A stretch of 64,000 bases of DNA from Steroidobacteraceae bacterium (lineage in GTDB: Bacteria > Pseudomonadota > Gammaproteobacteria > Steroidobacterales > Steroidobacteraceae), in contig JBGAGE010000012.1 in NCBI GenBank assembly GCA_044226865.1, positions 63,523 to 127,522 on the forward strand, in the 5' to 3' direction. The position numbers and the translations under genes were made by a program. Position 1 is the first letter of the stretch, and each line of letters opens with the position of its first letter. Below, in pieces: positions 54,534 through 64,000 of the stretch. The notes beneath the pieces are model-generated. The model was not told the DNA's origin. It saw only the letters and a list, made by a program, of their open reading frames with translations, and searched no databases.

Positions 54534-57162
54534 TCGACACGGTGGGCGCCGCCGCCACCTGCTTGATGGCGGCCAGCAACGAACCGGCGTTCGCGTCGTA
54601 ATCATTCCAAGCTTGCGACTGCTGCAGCCGATCCGGCGCCGTGCGAACGGTGAATTGCAGCGGCGCGAGGCCCGGCTTCACGTCCTGCCAGTTCAGCGGC
54701 ATCGATACCGGCGCGCCCGAGCGCGCGCGCGGTGACAAGGGACTGACCGCCGTGGCAGTACGGTCATTGCGCAGATAGTCGAGGAAGATGCGTCCGGCAC
54801 GTTCTGCCTTTGCCATGCGGTCCAGGTATTGACGCGGACTGTCGGCCGCCATCTGTGCGCAGATCAAATGGGCGAACTGCTTGGCCGTGGGCCATTCAAC
54901 CGCCTTGCCCGCTGCCACGTCCAAGGGCACCACCACGTGCAGGCCTTTGCCACCGGTGGTCTTGCACAAAGAGGACAGTCCCACATCGTTCAGACGCCGA
55001 CGCAGTTCCAGCGCCCCTTCGATGACCTTGCCGAACTCGACATCCGGTGCGGGATCCAGATCGAACACCAGGCGGCCAGCGACGTCCGTGCGATCGGGCG
55101 CGCAATTCCAGGGATGCATTTCCAGCGCGCCGATCTGGGCCGCCGCGATCAGCCCCTCGGCACGATCGATCTGCACGTAGGGCGCCTTGTCGCCCTTCAC
55201 CTTCACCAGCGTGAACAGGTTGGACATGCCCGGCATGGCGTGCCGCTGAAAGAACTGTTGACCACCGATGCCATCCGGCGCCCGCACCAGCGAGCAGGGC
55301 CGGCCGCGAAGGTGCGACAACATCCAGTCTCCCACCTGCTCGAAATACACCGCCAGGTCGTGCTTGGTAACAGGCGTGCCGTCGCCGGCATCGGGCCACA
55401 ATTGCTTGTCCGGGTTGGAGAGCACCACGCCCATCACCGAACCGCCGCCTGCCGTCGCAGTCGACGCTTCAATCCCGCTGCGGCGTCGGCGCGCGCCATC
55501 CGGCGGTTTGCTTCGCGACGCCGTGCGTTCCGCGGCCTCATCCGCCAATTTCTCCACGGCGGTGTCGGTCGACTGCGCCACCTGCACCGGGGTTTCCGCC
55601 ACCACGTTTGCGGCAGCCTTGTCCTCCCGCAATCCCTTGAATGCAGCCTGACGGATCATCCCCGCACCGGTCCACCCGGCAAACTCGATCTCGGCAACGA
55701 GCTCGGGCTTGAGCCAGCGCACGTTGCTCTCCGCCTTCGGCGCGTTATCACCGCCGAAGGGTGACTGCTGCCGCGTGAAGCGTTTGAGCTTGGGCAGAAT
55801 GCGAGCCGCGGTGTCGCGGCCGAAGCCCGTGCCAATGCGGCCCACATAGACGAGATGTCCATCGCGATTCACGCCGGCGAGCAGCGAGCGAACCGTTCCG
55901 GACTCGGTGGTCCAACCACCGAGCACCACTTCATGTCCCGTCCTGCATTTTGACTTGGTCCAGGCGTCACCACGGCCGGACGCATACGGTGCGTCCGCGC
56001 GCTTGGAAACAATGCCTTCCAATTCCATCTTGCACGCCGAGCGCAACACCGTGTCCGCCTTGGATTCGAAGTGCTCGACATAACGGATGTGATCGAGGCT
56101 CCCCGCATCCGACAGGAGTTGCTGCAGACGCTGCTTGCGCTCCAGCAGGGGCAGCGGCCTGCAATCCTCGCGCCCCTCGACCAGCAAGTCGAAGGCGAAC
56201 AACACCAGCGATTCGGAGTTGCCTTCCGACAACGCCGCCTGCAGGGCGGCAAAGCTCGGAACCTTGCGATGGTCGAGAGCCACCACTTCACCGTCGATGA
56301 TGCAGTCGGGTAGCCGGGCCGCCTCGCCGGCAATGGCGCCGAACCGGTGCGTCCAGTCGAGGCCATTGCGCGAACTCATCCGGACACTGCCACCATCGAC
56401 GCGCAGCTGCACCCGATAGCCATCGAATTTGACTTCGTGCACCCAGCCATCGCCAGTCGGCGGCATGTCTACCAGCTTGCACAACTGTGGCTCGATGTAT
56501 CGAGGCAGGGTGGCGAGCTTCTTCGCTCGCGCAGTGCTGCCATTCGTGAGCATGAATGGCGCGGGGGCGCGCCCCTTGCCGGCGGCAATGGCCTGCATCG
56601 CTCGCCCCGACGCCACCGACTTGTCGTCTGCAAGCACTGCGTCGCCCTTGCCGGGCTGCGCGTACCGGTCGCGATGCTTGATCAGAAGCCAGTTGGTGCG
56701 CTTGCCACCATTGCGATCGTTGCGCATGCGCACCAGCACGAATCCGCCGCGCAACCGCTTGCCCTCGAGCTGGAATTTGAGTTCGCCGCGGGCGAGCGCT
56801 TGCATCGGATCGGCACCGCCATCGACGCTCCAGTAGCCGCGATCCCACAATTGAACGGTCCCGCCGCCGTATTCACCGGCGGGAATGGTCCCCTCGAAAT
56901 CCCCGTAGTCGAGGGGATGATCTTCCACCTCCACCGCCAGGCGCTTGTCCGACGGGTCAAGGGAGGGACCCTTGGTTACCGCCCACGATTTGAACACGCC
57001 GTCCATCTCCAGCCGCAGGTCGTAATGCAAGCGGCGCGCCGCATGCTTCTGAATGACAAAGCGCGCCCGCGCCGAAGGCTTGACCTCACGCTTGCCACTG
57101 GGCTCGGCGGTGCGCTGGAAGTCGCGTTTATTGCGATAAGTTTGCAGGGTGGACTTGTTCAT
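54451..57162 (-). CDS. ligD: multidomain ATP-dependent DNA ligase LigD (phosphoesterase-ligase-polymerase)
   Basis: PE domain FVIQKHAARRLHYDLRLE, ligase adenylation motif HEVKFDGYR, and a C-terminal primase-polymerase domain. Start set to MNKSTLQTYRNKRDF. Confidence 0.9.
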   Translation of the reverse strand: MNKSTLQTYRNKRDFQRTAEPSGKREVKPSARARFVIQKHAARRLHYDLRLEMDGVFKSWAVTKGPSLDPSDKRLAVEVEDHPLDYGDFEGTIPAGEYGGGTVQLWDRGYWSVDGGADPMQALARGELKFQLEGKRLRGGFVLVRMRNDRNGGKRTNWLLIKHRDRYAQPGKGDAVLADDKSVASGRAMQAIAAGKGRAPAPFMLTNGSTARAKKLATLPRYIEPQLCKLVDMPPTGDGWVHEVKFDGYRVQLRVDGGSVRMSSRNGLDWTHRFGAIAGEAARLPDCIIDGEVVALDHRKVPSFAALQAALSEGNSESLVLFAFDLLVEGREDCRPLPLLERKQRLQQLLSDAGSLDHIRYVEHFESKADTVLRSACKMELEGIVSKRADAPYASGRGDAWTKSKCRTGHEVVLGGWTTESGTVRSLLAGVNRDGHLVYVGRIGTGFGRDTAARILPKLKRFTRQQSPFGGDNAPKAESNVRWLKPELVAEIEFAGWTGAGMIRQAAFKGLREDKAAANVVAETPVQVAQSTDTAVEKLADEAAERTASRSKPPDGARRRRSGIEASTATAGGGSVMGVVLSNPDKQLWPDAGDGTPVTKHDLAVYFEQVGDWMLSHLRGRPCSLVRAPDGIGGQQFFQRHAMPGMSNLFTLVKVKGDKAPYVQIDRAEGLIAAAQIGALEMHPWNCAPDRTDVAGRLVFDLDPAPDVEFGKVIEGALELRRRLNDVGLSSLCKTTGGKGLHVVVPLDVAAGKAVEWPTAKQFAHLICAQMAADSPRQYLDRMAKAERAGRIFLDYLRNDRTATAVSPLSPRARSGAPVSMPLNWQDVKPGLAPLQFTVRTAPDRLQQSQAWNDYDANAGSLLAAIKQVAAAPTVSISRAADSRRSHRSTRSTRSKAARRKRA

Positions 57163-57344
57163 GGCGGGTGCGCGCGCGACGCTACGAGTAACGATCCGCA
57201 ATCGGCGGTCATTCGTCAATCGCGGCGTCCCCGCGCGTCTGCCGCACAGGTCGTGGAATCAAGGCATTGGGTGCGGTGTGGGTTGACGCCGACACGCAAC
57301 GGCGGTGTCCGCCGACGCGCCCATCCGAAGTCGGGACCCCGAGA

Positions 57345-57677
57345 TCAGTTTGCCTCTACGAAGGCCTTGATCCGGCGCAACGAATCGTCCCATTGCTCTG
57401 AAATCTCCTGCAAGAAGCGCCGCGCTTCCGCCAGCCGTTGCTGGCGGATCTCCCAGATGCGCTCGCGCCCTTGGCGTTGGCTGCGCACCAGGCCCGCGCG
57501 CTGCATGGCGAGCAGGTGCTTGCTCACCGCCTGCCGTGTCACCTTCGACCGCTCGGAGAGCCCTTCGGTGAGCTGCACGATCGAGCGTGGACCCTGGTCA
57601 CTGAGCTGCCGCACCAGGTTCAGGCGCGTGTCATCACCCAAGGCCGCGAACAGCGGCGCCGCACCGCGTGCTCTCAC
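57345..57677 (-). CDS. ArsR/SmtB family transcriptional regulator
   Basis: LFAALGDDTRLNLVRQL...VTRQAVSKHLLAMQRAGLV winged HTH. Its GTG start overlaps the upstream stop (GTGA). Confidence 0.85.
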   Translation of the reverse strand: MRARGAAPLFAALGDDTRLNLVRQLSDQGPRSIVQLTEGLSERSKVTRQAVSKHLLAMQRAGLVRSQRQGRERIWEIRQQRLAEARRFLQEISEQWDDSLRRIKAFVEAN

Positions 57678-58162
57678 ACCTGCAGCGCCAGGTACTTGCC
57701 GATGAGAATCGCCTGCATCGCCCAGCCGCCGTCATTCGCCTTGAAGGCCTCGGCGCGCCGTTGCAGCGGAATCTGCTCGAAGCCGGATTCGCTGATGGTG
57801 AGCATGATGCCGCCCGGCGCGTCCTCCAGATCGAAGGTGATCAGGGTCGTCGGCTCCGTCGAATAATCGGTGGCCGGATCGACGGCATACGGGTGCCAGC
57901 GGAAGCAGATGCGGTTCATGGGTTCGATGCGCTCCACCCAGAAATCGAACGACTTGCCCGCGTGTGGCTCCTGCAGCCGCGCCACGTCCGCATCGACCAT
58001 GGTAGGAACGATACGTCCCTTGAGCATGCGGCCCGCGACGAAGGGGCCATCAAAGTCCATGCCGAACCAACTGCCGAACTGTTCGGCGTCGCTCACCGCC
58101 TGCCAGACCCGCTCGCGGGTGGCATGCAGCAGCACGCGCTTTTCGATCCGATCACCGCTCAT
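57674..58162 (-). CDS. SRPBCC (AHSA1/START-like) domain protein
   Basis: 162 aa (MSGDRIEKRVLLHATRERVWQAVSD...). A typical partner of ArsR regulators. It is the C-terminal part of a 593-aa track ORF. Confidence 0.8.
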   Translation of the reverse strand: MSGDRIEKRVLLHATRERVWQAVSDAEQFGSWFGMDFDGPFVAGRMLKGRIVPTMVDADVARLQEPHAGKSFDFWVERIEPMNRICFRWHPYAVDPATDYSTEPTTLITFDLEDAPGGIMLTISESGFEQIPLQRRAEAFKANDGGWAMQAILIGKYLALQV

Positions 58163-58357
58163 AGGCAACCTCCCGGTTGCGCTTCTTATACGCATCGCTG
58201 GTGGCGCTGTACAGCCCGCCGCAAGCGCCGTCCGCCCGCCGGACCGCTGCGGCGCGGCGAACGGGACGCCACGCCCGTTGTGGCGCTGCTGGAACGGTGC
58301 TAAAAAGAGCCGCGCCACACCAATGGCGCCCTCACCGCACAAGAACAGGAATTCGCC

Positions 58358-60814
58358 GTGACCCAAGTTTCGCTTCCCAGTCATGCCCGTGTCGTCGTCG
58401 TCGGTGGCGGCGTCATCGGAACCTCCGTGGCTTATCACCTCGCCGCCATGGGTTGGAAGGACATCGTGCTGCTGGAGCGCGACAAGCTCACCTCGGGCAC
58501 CACCTGGCATGCGGCGGGCTTGATGGTCACCTTCGGTTCGACGTCCGAGACCTCCACGGAGATGCGCAAGTACACCCGGGCGCTGTACAGCCGGTTGGAA
58601 GCGGAGACCGGCCAGGCCACGGGCTTTGCACCCATCGGCTTCATCGAGGTGGCGGCCGATGATGACCGGCTGGAGGAGTATCGGCGCGTGTCGGCCTTCA
58701 ACCGTTATTGCGGGGTGGACGTGCATGAGATCTCGCCTTCGCAGGTGAAGGAGCTGTTCCCGCTGGCGAAGGTCGATGACATCCGCGCAGGCTTCTATGT
58801 GAAGGAAGACGGGCGCGTGAATCCGGTGGACGTCACCATGGCACTGGGCAAGGGCGCGCGCATGCGCGGCGTGAAGATCTTCGAAGGTGTTCCCGCGACG
58901 GGCGTGACGCAGGAGCGGGGCCGGGTCACCGGCGTGCGCACCGCGCACGGCGACATCCGCGCCGACTACGTGGTGAATTGCTGCGGCATGTGGGCGCGCC
59001 AGTTCGGCGCACTGGCGGGGGTGAACGTGCCCAACCAGGCCGCCGAGCATTACTACCTCATCACCGAGCCCATCAAGGATTTGCCGAAGATGCCGGTGCT
59101 CGAGGATCCGGGCGCGTATGGCTACTACCGCGAGGAGGGCGGCGGCCTCATGGTTGGCCTGTTCGAGCCCGTGTGCGCGCCGTGGAAGATCGAGGGCATT
59201 CCATCGGATTTTTCCTTCGGCGAGTTGCCGCCGGATTGGGAACGCATGACGCCATTCCTCGAGAAGGCGATGTCGCGCGTGCCCATCACCTCGGAAGTCG
59301 GCATGAAGAAATTCTTCTGCGGCCCCGAGAGCTTTACGCCGGATCTGCGCCCCGTGGTGGGCGAGTCGCCCGAGCTGCGCGGGTACTTCGTCGCCGCCGG
59401 CTTGAATTCGGTGGGCGTGCTCACGGGTGGCGGGCTGGGGCGCGTGCTGGCGCATTGGATCATCAACGGCTCACCCGATGTGGATGTCACCGGTTTCAAC
59501 ATCGACCGCCTGCACACCTACCAGGCCAATCCCGAGTACCGGCGTGAGCGCACGGTCGAATCCCTTGGCCTCGTCTACAAATGCCATTACCCCGCCATGT
59601 CGATGAAGACCGCACGCGGCGCGCGGCGCTCTCCGTTTCACGAGCGGTTGGCGGCGGCAGGCGCCTATTTCAAGGAAGTCAGTGGCTGGGAGAGCCCTGA
59701 CTGGTACGGCGAGCCGGGCACCGATCCGGATCCGGGCCCGCTGTCCTGGGGCCGTCACCGCTGGTTCGGCAATTGGCAGCGTGAGCACCAGGCCGCGCGT
59801 AACAACGTCATCGTGATGGACATGTCGTTCATGGGGAAATTCCTGGTGCAGGGGCGCGATGCGGGCGCGCAACTCAACCGCATCTCCGGCAACGATGTCG
59901 ACGGACCCGCCGGCATGATCACCTACACGCAGTGGATGAACGAGCAAGGCCGGCTCGAGGCCGATCTCACCGTCACCAAGTTGGCGCAGGACAAATTCCT
60001 GGTCGTGGTCACCGACACCATGGTGAAGCACGCGGAAACCTGGATGAAGCGCCAGTTCGCCGCCGATGCGCATGCCTTCGTCACCGACGTCACCTCGGCC
60101 TACGGGCAGCTCAACGTGCAGGGCCCGCGTTCGCGGGAACTGTTACAGAAACTCACGCACGAGGACCTGTCGAACGAGGCCTTCCCGTTCCGCGCCGCGC
60201 GCGAGATCGACATCGGCTTCGCGCGTGCGCTGTGTGTGCGCATCACCTATCTGGGCGAGCTGGGCTACGAGCTCTACATCCCGAGCGAGCAGGCGCTGCA
60301 CGTCTACGACCGCCTGGTCGAGGCAGGGCGCGAGTTCGGCCTGGTGCATGCCGGCCTCAAGGCGCTGGGGAGCCTGCGCATGGAAAAGGGCTATCGTGAC
60401 TACGGCCACGACATCGACAACACCGACGATCCGTACGAGACCGGCCTGGGCTTCGCGCTGGATCTCAAGAAGCCCGGCGGTTTCATCGGCAAGGATGCAG
60501 TCCTGGCGCGCAAGGCCAAGGGGCCCTTGCGCCGCCGGTTGGTGCAGGTGCTGGTGCAGGATCCCGAGCCACTCATGTATCACGTGGAAGTGGTGCGCCG
60601 CGATGGCGCGCCCGTGGGCTATGTGCGCGCCGCTTCCTATGGTCATACCTTGGGCGGAGCGGTGGGCCTCGCGATGATCGAACCGGATGCGGAGGTCAGC
60701 GCGGAGTATCTCGCCAGCGGCCATTGGGAAGTGGAGATCGCCGGCAAACGGTACCCCTGCAGCGTGTCCGCCCGTCCCCTGTATGACCCGGAGAATCGCC
60801 GCATCAAGCAATGA
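58358..60814 (+). CDS. FAD-dependent oxidoreductase fused to a GcvT-like aminomethyltransferase domain (dimethylglycine/sarcosine dehydrogenase family)
   Basis: 818 aa. VVVVGGGVIGTSVAYHL FAD motif and a C-terminal folate-binding GcvT-like domain (LRMEKGY). Confidence 0.85.
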   Translation: MTQVSLPSHARVVVVGGGVIGTSVAYHLAAMGWKDIVLLERDKLTSGTTWHAAGLMVTFGSTSETSTEMRKYTRALYSRLEAETGQATGFAPIGFIEVAADDDRLEEYRRVSAFNRYCGVDVHEISPSQVKELFPLAKVDDIRAGFYVKEDGRVNPVDVTMALGKGARMRGVKIFEGVPATGVTQERGRVTGVRTAHGDIRADYVVNCCGMWARQFGALAGVNVPNQAAEHYYLITEPIKDLPKMPVLEDPGAYGYYREEGGGLMVGLFEPVCAPWKIEGIPSDFSFGELPPDWERMTPFLEKAMSRVPITSEVGMKKFFCGPESFTPDLRPVVGESPELRGYFVAAGLNSVGVLTGGGLGRVLAHWIINGSPDVDVTGFNIDRLHTYQANPEYRRERTVESLGLVYKCHYPAMSMKTARGARRSPFHERLAAAGAYFKEVSGWESPDWYGEPGTDPDPGPLSWGRHRWFGNWQREHQAARNNVIVMDMSFMGKFLVQGRDAGAQLNRISGNDVDGPAGMITYTQWMNEQGRLEADLTVTKLAQDKFLVVVTDTMVKHAETWMKRQFAADAHAFVTDVTSAYGQLNVQGPRSRELLQKLTHEDLSNEAFPFRAAREIDIGFARALCVRITYLGELGYELYIPSEQALHVYDRLVEAGREFGLVHAGLKALGSLRMEKGYRDYGHDIDNTDDPYETGLGFALDLKKPGGFIGKDAVLARKAKGPLRRRLVQVLVQDPEPLMYHVEVVRRDGAPVGYVRAASYGHTLGGAVGLAMIEPDAEVSAEYLASGHWEVEIAGKRYPCSVSARPLYDPENRRIKQ

Positions 60815-60946
60815 GGCCGTCCGGCGGCCCGCCGGTCGGTGGCCCGCGCGACGGCGTACGCCGACAACACTTGCACACCGCCGCTGACTGCGACCCTTAC
60901 GCCGTTGGCCGCACCCTGCTGCCTGACACCACAGCAGGAGATGCTC

Positions 60947-61525
60947 ATGTCGATCTTGGACAAGATGGTGGCGGCGGTCACGCCACCCGAAAGCGAAGAG
61001 GCCAGGCGCGAAGCCCGCAGCCGGGCGCGCGCATCCTCCACCGGCAGCGCCGACTGGCTCGGCATGGTGCTCGACCACCACGAGCAGATCGAGGCAGCCT
61101 TTGCGGCCGTTCGCAGCGCCGAAGGGGCCGGACGGATCCTCGCCTTGAGGCAGCTCGCCGTGCTGCTCACCGGGCATTCCAATGCGGAGGAATCCGTGCT
61201 GTATCCGGCGATGGCCAGGGCGGACGAAAAGGGCCACGCACTCATGGCCTATGGTGAGCAGGCCACCGCCAAGATGCAGATGGGTTTGCTCGAAGGATTG
61301 CCGCCGATGAGCCAGGAATTCCTGGACAAGCTGGAGCATATCCGCGGCGCGGTCGTGCACCACATGTACTCGGAAGAGGACAAGTGGTTTCCGGAGTTGG
61401 TGCAGGCCACGCTCGGGGCGGAGCAAAGCAAGCTGGGCCAGCGCTATCAGGAGGAGTTCGACCGCTACGTCGGCGGTACCACGGACTGGGAGGATGAGCC
61501 GCGCATGACCCGCTCCGGTACCTGA
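60947..61525 (+). CDS. hemerythrin-like domain protein
   Basis: HHEQIE, HSNAEESVLYP and HHMYSEEDKWFPE metal-ligand motifs. ATG sits 6 nt after AGGAG. Confidence 0.7.
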   Translation: MSILDKMVAAVTPPESEEARREARSRARASSTGSADWLGMVLDHHEQIEAAFAAVRSAEGAGRILALRQLAVLLTGHSNAEESVLYPAMARADEKGHALMAYGEQATAKMQMGLLEGLPPMSQEFLDKLEHIRGAVVHHMYSEEDKWFPELVQATLGAEQSKLGQRYQEEFDRYVGGTTDWEDEPRMTRSGT

Positions 61526-61638
61526 TCGGTTCCCGGCGGGTCGTCCACGGGCGGCTGCTGAAATGCCGGCAATGCCGTATCCTGCTGCGCGAGCTTCACC
61601 GATCCCGGTGAACGAACCTGCGCCAGTGGTGATGTGGC

Positions 61639-63543
61639 ATGAACGATCGCAACGATTTGGGTCTGGACGATCCCATTACCCGCCGTGATTTCGTCGCCGG
61701 GGTGGCCGCCGCCGCGGGGCTGCTTGCAGCACAGGCCTCCCCGGCGCAAGCGCCGGCCGGCGCGGGCACGGCGGCTGCGGCGCCGGGCGCCGTCATCGAT
61801 CCGACGGCAGATTACCCGCCGCTGCGCAGTGGTCTTCGCGGGCAATACCCGGGTTCATTCGAGGCAGCGCATCAAGTCCGCGATGGCCGCTTCGGCGGCA
61901 CCCTGGCAGCCGCCGACACGGGGGAGCACTACGACCTGGTCGTCGTGGGAGCAGGAATCTCGGGCCTCGCCAGCGCGCACTTCTTCCGCAAGGCGCTCGG
62001 GCCACAATGCAAGGTCCTCATCCTCGACAATCACGATGACTTCGGCGGGCACGCCAAGCGCAACGAATTCCGCATCAACGGCCGCACGTTCCTGTCCTTC
62101 GGCGGCACGATGAGCATTGAAACGCCGTTTCCCTACAGCTTCACAGCCAAGGCGTTGCTCGCCGAGCTCGGCGTGGATGCGTCGAGCTTCTCGCGCTACG
62201 AACGTCCGGAGCTGTTGAAGGGATTGGGGGCGGGAGTGTTCTTCAACGCCGAGGATTTCGGCGGCGACCGGATGGTGGCGGGGATGGGCGAAAAGCCATG
62301 GCCGGAGTTCTTCCGCCAGGCGTCGCTGCGCGAGGACATGCGCGATGACCTGATCCGCATTCATACCGAGCGGGTGGACTACCTGCCGGGATTGAGTCCG
62401 GTCGACAAGGCGCAGCGGCTCAAGCAGATGAGCTATGCCACCTTTCTCACCGTGCATGCGGGCTTGCGACCGGAAAGCCTGGCGTTCTTCCGCGGCCAGC
62501 AGTTCCGCAACAGCATGCGGGTGGACACCTGCCCGGCGTTCGTCGCCTGGCGCCTGGGAGCGGCCGGCTTTTCCGGCATGAACATCAGCGCGGAGCCGCT
62601 GGTGCATGCGGATTATTTTCATTTCCCGGATGGCAATGCGAGCATCGCCAGGCTCCTGGTGAACCGCCTCGTGCCGCAAAGCTTCGATGCCGTGCATGGA
62701 CCGGAATCCATCGTACTGGCGCCGCTCCATTACGCAGCGCTCGACCAGCAGGACAATGCGGTGCGCATCCGCTTGAACTCCACTGCCGTGCGTGTGGAAC
62801 ACCTCGGCGTGCCGGACCGCTCCACCGAGCGTGCGGTGCGCGTGGTGTATGTGAAGGACGGCAAGCTGCAGCAGGTCACGGCCGCTAACACCGTGCTCGC
62901 CTGTTTCAACAACATCATCCCCTTCCTGGTGCCCGAGCTGCCCGAGGCGCAGCGGCAGGCGCTGCACTACGCATCCAAGGTGCCGATGATGTACAGCTCG
63001 GCGGTGGTCAGGAACTGGCATCCGTGGAAGAAGCTCGGCGTGCGGCATATCTATGCACCCAACGGCTTCCACACCTACGTGCAACTCGACACGCCATTGA
63101 CGATTGGCGGGCATGACAGCGTGCGCTCGCCGGACGAGCCCGTGGTGGTACAGATGATCAAGAACTGGAACAAGCCGGGACTGCCGCGCAAGGAACAGAA
63201 CCGTGCAGGCCGCGCCGACATGCTCGCGGCATCGTTCGAATCGATGGAAGTGGAGACGCGGCGGCAATTGAACCGCATGCTCGGGCCCGCCGGCTTCGAT
63301 GCCAAGCGCGACATCCTCGCGCTGACCATCAATCGCTGGCCGCATGGGTATGCCTATACTTACGACACGCTCGGTGACCCCGACATGCCGGAGGCCGAGC
63401 GGCCGCATGTACTGGGACGCCGCGCGTTCGGGCGCATCAGCATCGCAAATGCGGATTCCGGTGCAGCCGCCTTTACCAATGTGGCCATCGATCAGGCCGA
63501 GCGCGCCGTGCAGGAATGCCTGTCGAGCCGCGGCATGATCTAA
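61639..63543 (+). CDS. Tat-exported FAD/NAD(P)-binding oxidoreductase (spermidine dehydrogenase-like)
   Basis: Twin-arginine signal [18 protein letters not shown]. The dinucleotide fold [15 protein letters not shown]...[17 protein letters not shown]. Confidence 0.75.
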   Translation: MNDRNDLGLDDPITRRDFVAGVAAAAGLLAAQASPAQAPAGAGTAAAAPGAVIDPTADYPPLRSGLRGQYPGSFEAAHQVRDGRFGGTLAAADTGEHYDLVVVGAGISGLASAHFFRKALGPQCKVLILDNHDDFGGHAKRNEFRINGRTFLSFGGTMSIETPFPYSFTAKALLAELGVDASSFSRYERPELLKGLGAGVFFNAEDFGGDRMVAGMGEKPWPEFFRQASLREDMRDDLIRIHTERVDYLPGLSPVDKAQRLKQMSYATFLTVHAGLRPESLAFFRGQQFRNSMRVDTCPAFVAWRLGAAGFSGMNISAEPLVHADYFHFPDGNASIARLLVNRLVPQSFDAVHGPESIVLAPLHYAALDQQDNAVRIRLNSTAVRVEHLGVPDRSTERAVRVVYVKDGKLQQVTAANTVLACFNNIIPFLVPELPEAQRQALHYASKVPMMYSSAVVRNWHPWKKLGVRHIYAPNGFHTYVQLDTPLTIGGHDSVRSPDEPVVVQMIKNWNKPGLPRKEQNRAGRADMLAASFESMEVETRRQLNRMLGPAGFDAKRDILALTINRWPHGYAYTYDTLGDPDMPEAERPHVLGRRAFGRISIANADSGAAAFTNVAIDQAERAVQECLSSRGMI

Positions 63544-63551
63544 AGACCGCG

Positions 63552-64000
63552 ATGGGCGCCCGGGAAAAGCTGTTCGGCAAAGGCGGCCCGCCGGTGGCGG
63601 CCATCGGGCAAGGCTCCTGGGAAATCGACATCGCCCGCGAGCCCGACGCGCTGGCAGCCCTGCGGCGCGGCCTGGACCTCGGGCTGACGCACATCGACAC
63701 CGCGGAGATGTATGGCAACGGCGCCTCCGAGCGTCTGGTCGGCAAGGCCATTCAGGGCCGGCGCGAGGAAGTGTTCCTGGTGTCCAAGGTGTTGCCCTCG
63801 AATGCCTCACGGCGCGGCACCGTGAAGGCCTGCGAACGCAGCCTCCAGGCGCTCGGCACCGACCATTTGGATTGCTACCTGTTGCACTGGCGCGGCAGCC
63901 ATCCCCTGGCCGAGACCGTCACCGCGTTCGAGGAATTGCGCAAGGCGGGGAAGATCCGGCGCTGGGGCGTGAGCAATTTTGACGTCGACGATCTGGAGGA
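63552..64000 (+). CDS. aldo/keto reductase (3' end beyond the window)
   Basis: My own translation from the ATG at 63552: [29 protein letters not shown] and LDCYLLHW motifs. No stop codon before the window ends. Confidence 0.75.
   Translation, partial: MGAREKLFGKGGPPVAAIGQGSWEIDIAREPDALAALRRGLDLGLTHIDTAEMYGNGASERLVGKAIQGRREEVFLVSKVLPSNASRRGTVKACERSLQALGTDHLDCYLLHWRGSHPLAETVTAFEELRKAGKIRRWGVSNFDVDDLE

Noticed and set aside
58163-58357. Possible riboswitch or structured leader upstream of the dimethylglycine/sarcosine dehydrogenase-like gene (stems aacggg/cccgtt and gtggcgc/gcgccac)
   Set aside because: I cannot match it to the glycine, THF or any other riboswitch consensus I know. GC-rich intergenic DNA gives such short stems readily.
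57674-59455. 593-aa minus-strand ORF
   Set aside because: Most of it is antisense to the FAD-oxidoreductase gene and has GC-rich shadow composition. Only the terminal 162 aa (the SRPBCC protein) are credible.
61855-63810. 651-aa minus-strand ORF and similar long antisense ORFs (e.g. 26752-27765, 11081-12721, 45392-46597, 47729-48907, 60143-61426)
   Set aside because: These are typical high-GC antisense shadow ORFs opposite genes with clear motifs. Their products are Arg/Gly/His/Ala-rich and have no recognisable domains.

Overview
GC-rich (about 65-68% by eye) proteobacterial chromosomal segment, mostly housekeeping and accessory metabolism. Recognisable genes include polB, ligD, topoisomerase IB, msrBA, trxC, two M20 peptidases, MFS and lactate transporters, and a TlpA/DUF4266/DUF3570/ApbE operon. 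The segment is interrupted by a roughly 19.5-kb lower-GC genomic island. This island sits at the 3' end of a tRNA-Phe(GAA) gene (32807-32882, minus strand). Its boundaries are a perfect 15-nt direct repeat of the tRNA 3' end, at 13286-13300 and 32807-32821. The tRNA-proximal end of the island carries a P4-type integrase followed directly by a zeta-toxin-like ATPase and a 53-aa ORF, plus AlpA, a relaxase, a MobC-like protein and an excisionase-like HTH. No conjugation genes are present, so it looks like an integrative mobilizable element. The middle holds a four-gene, translationally coupled lipid-tailoring operon (SDR, Baeyer-Villiger-type monooxygenase, adenylation-carrier-reductase megaenzyme, P450), a low-GC anmK, and several orphan secreted or membrane proteins. 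The tRNA-distal end carries the most interesting feature: a retron-type reverse transcriptase (13560-14459) that overlaps by 4 nt an upstream XRE-family HTH gene. That HTH gene is preceded by a 66-aa ORF with a good ribosome-binding site. Upstream of that lies a roughly 230-nt hairpin-dense stretch flanked by 9-bp inverted repeats and driven by a near-consensus sigma70 promoter, which I propose as the msr-msd ncRNA. Outside the island, further points of interest are a Tus (replication terminus binding protein) homolog whose ribosome-binding site lies in a 19-bp perfect inverted repeat, a KfrA/tyrosine-recombinase remnant with a 22-bp perfect palindrome, and two decayed genes. All protein family calls rest on motifs I recognise by eye in the supplied translations. 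No database search was run.
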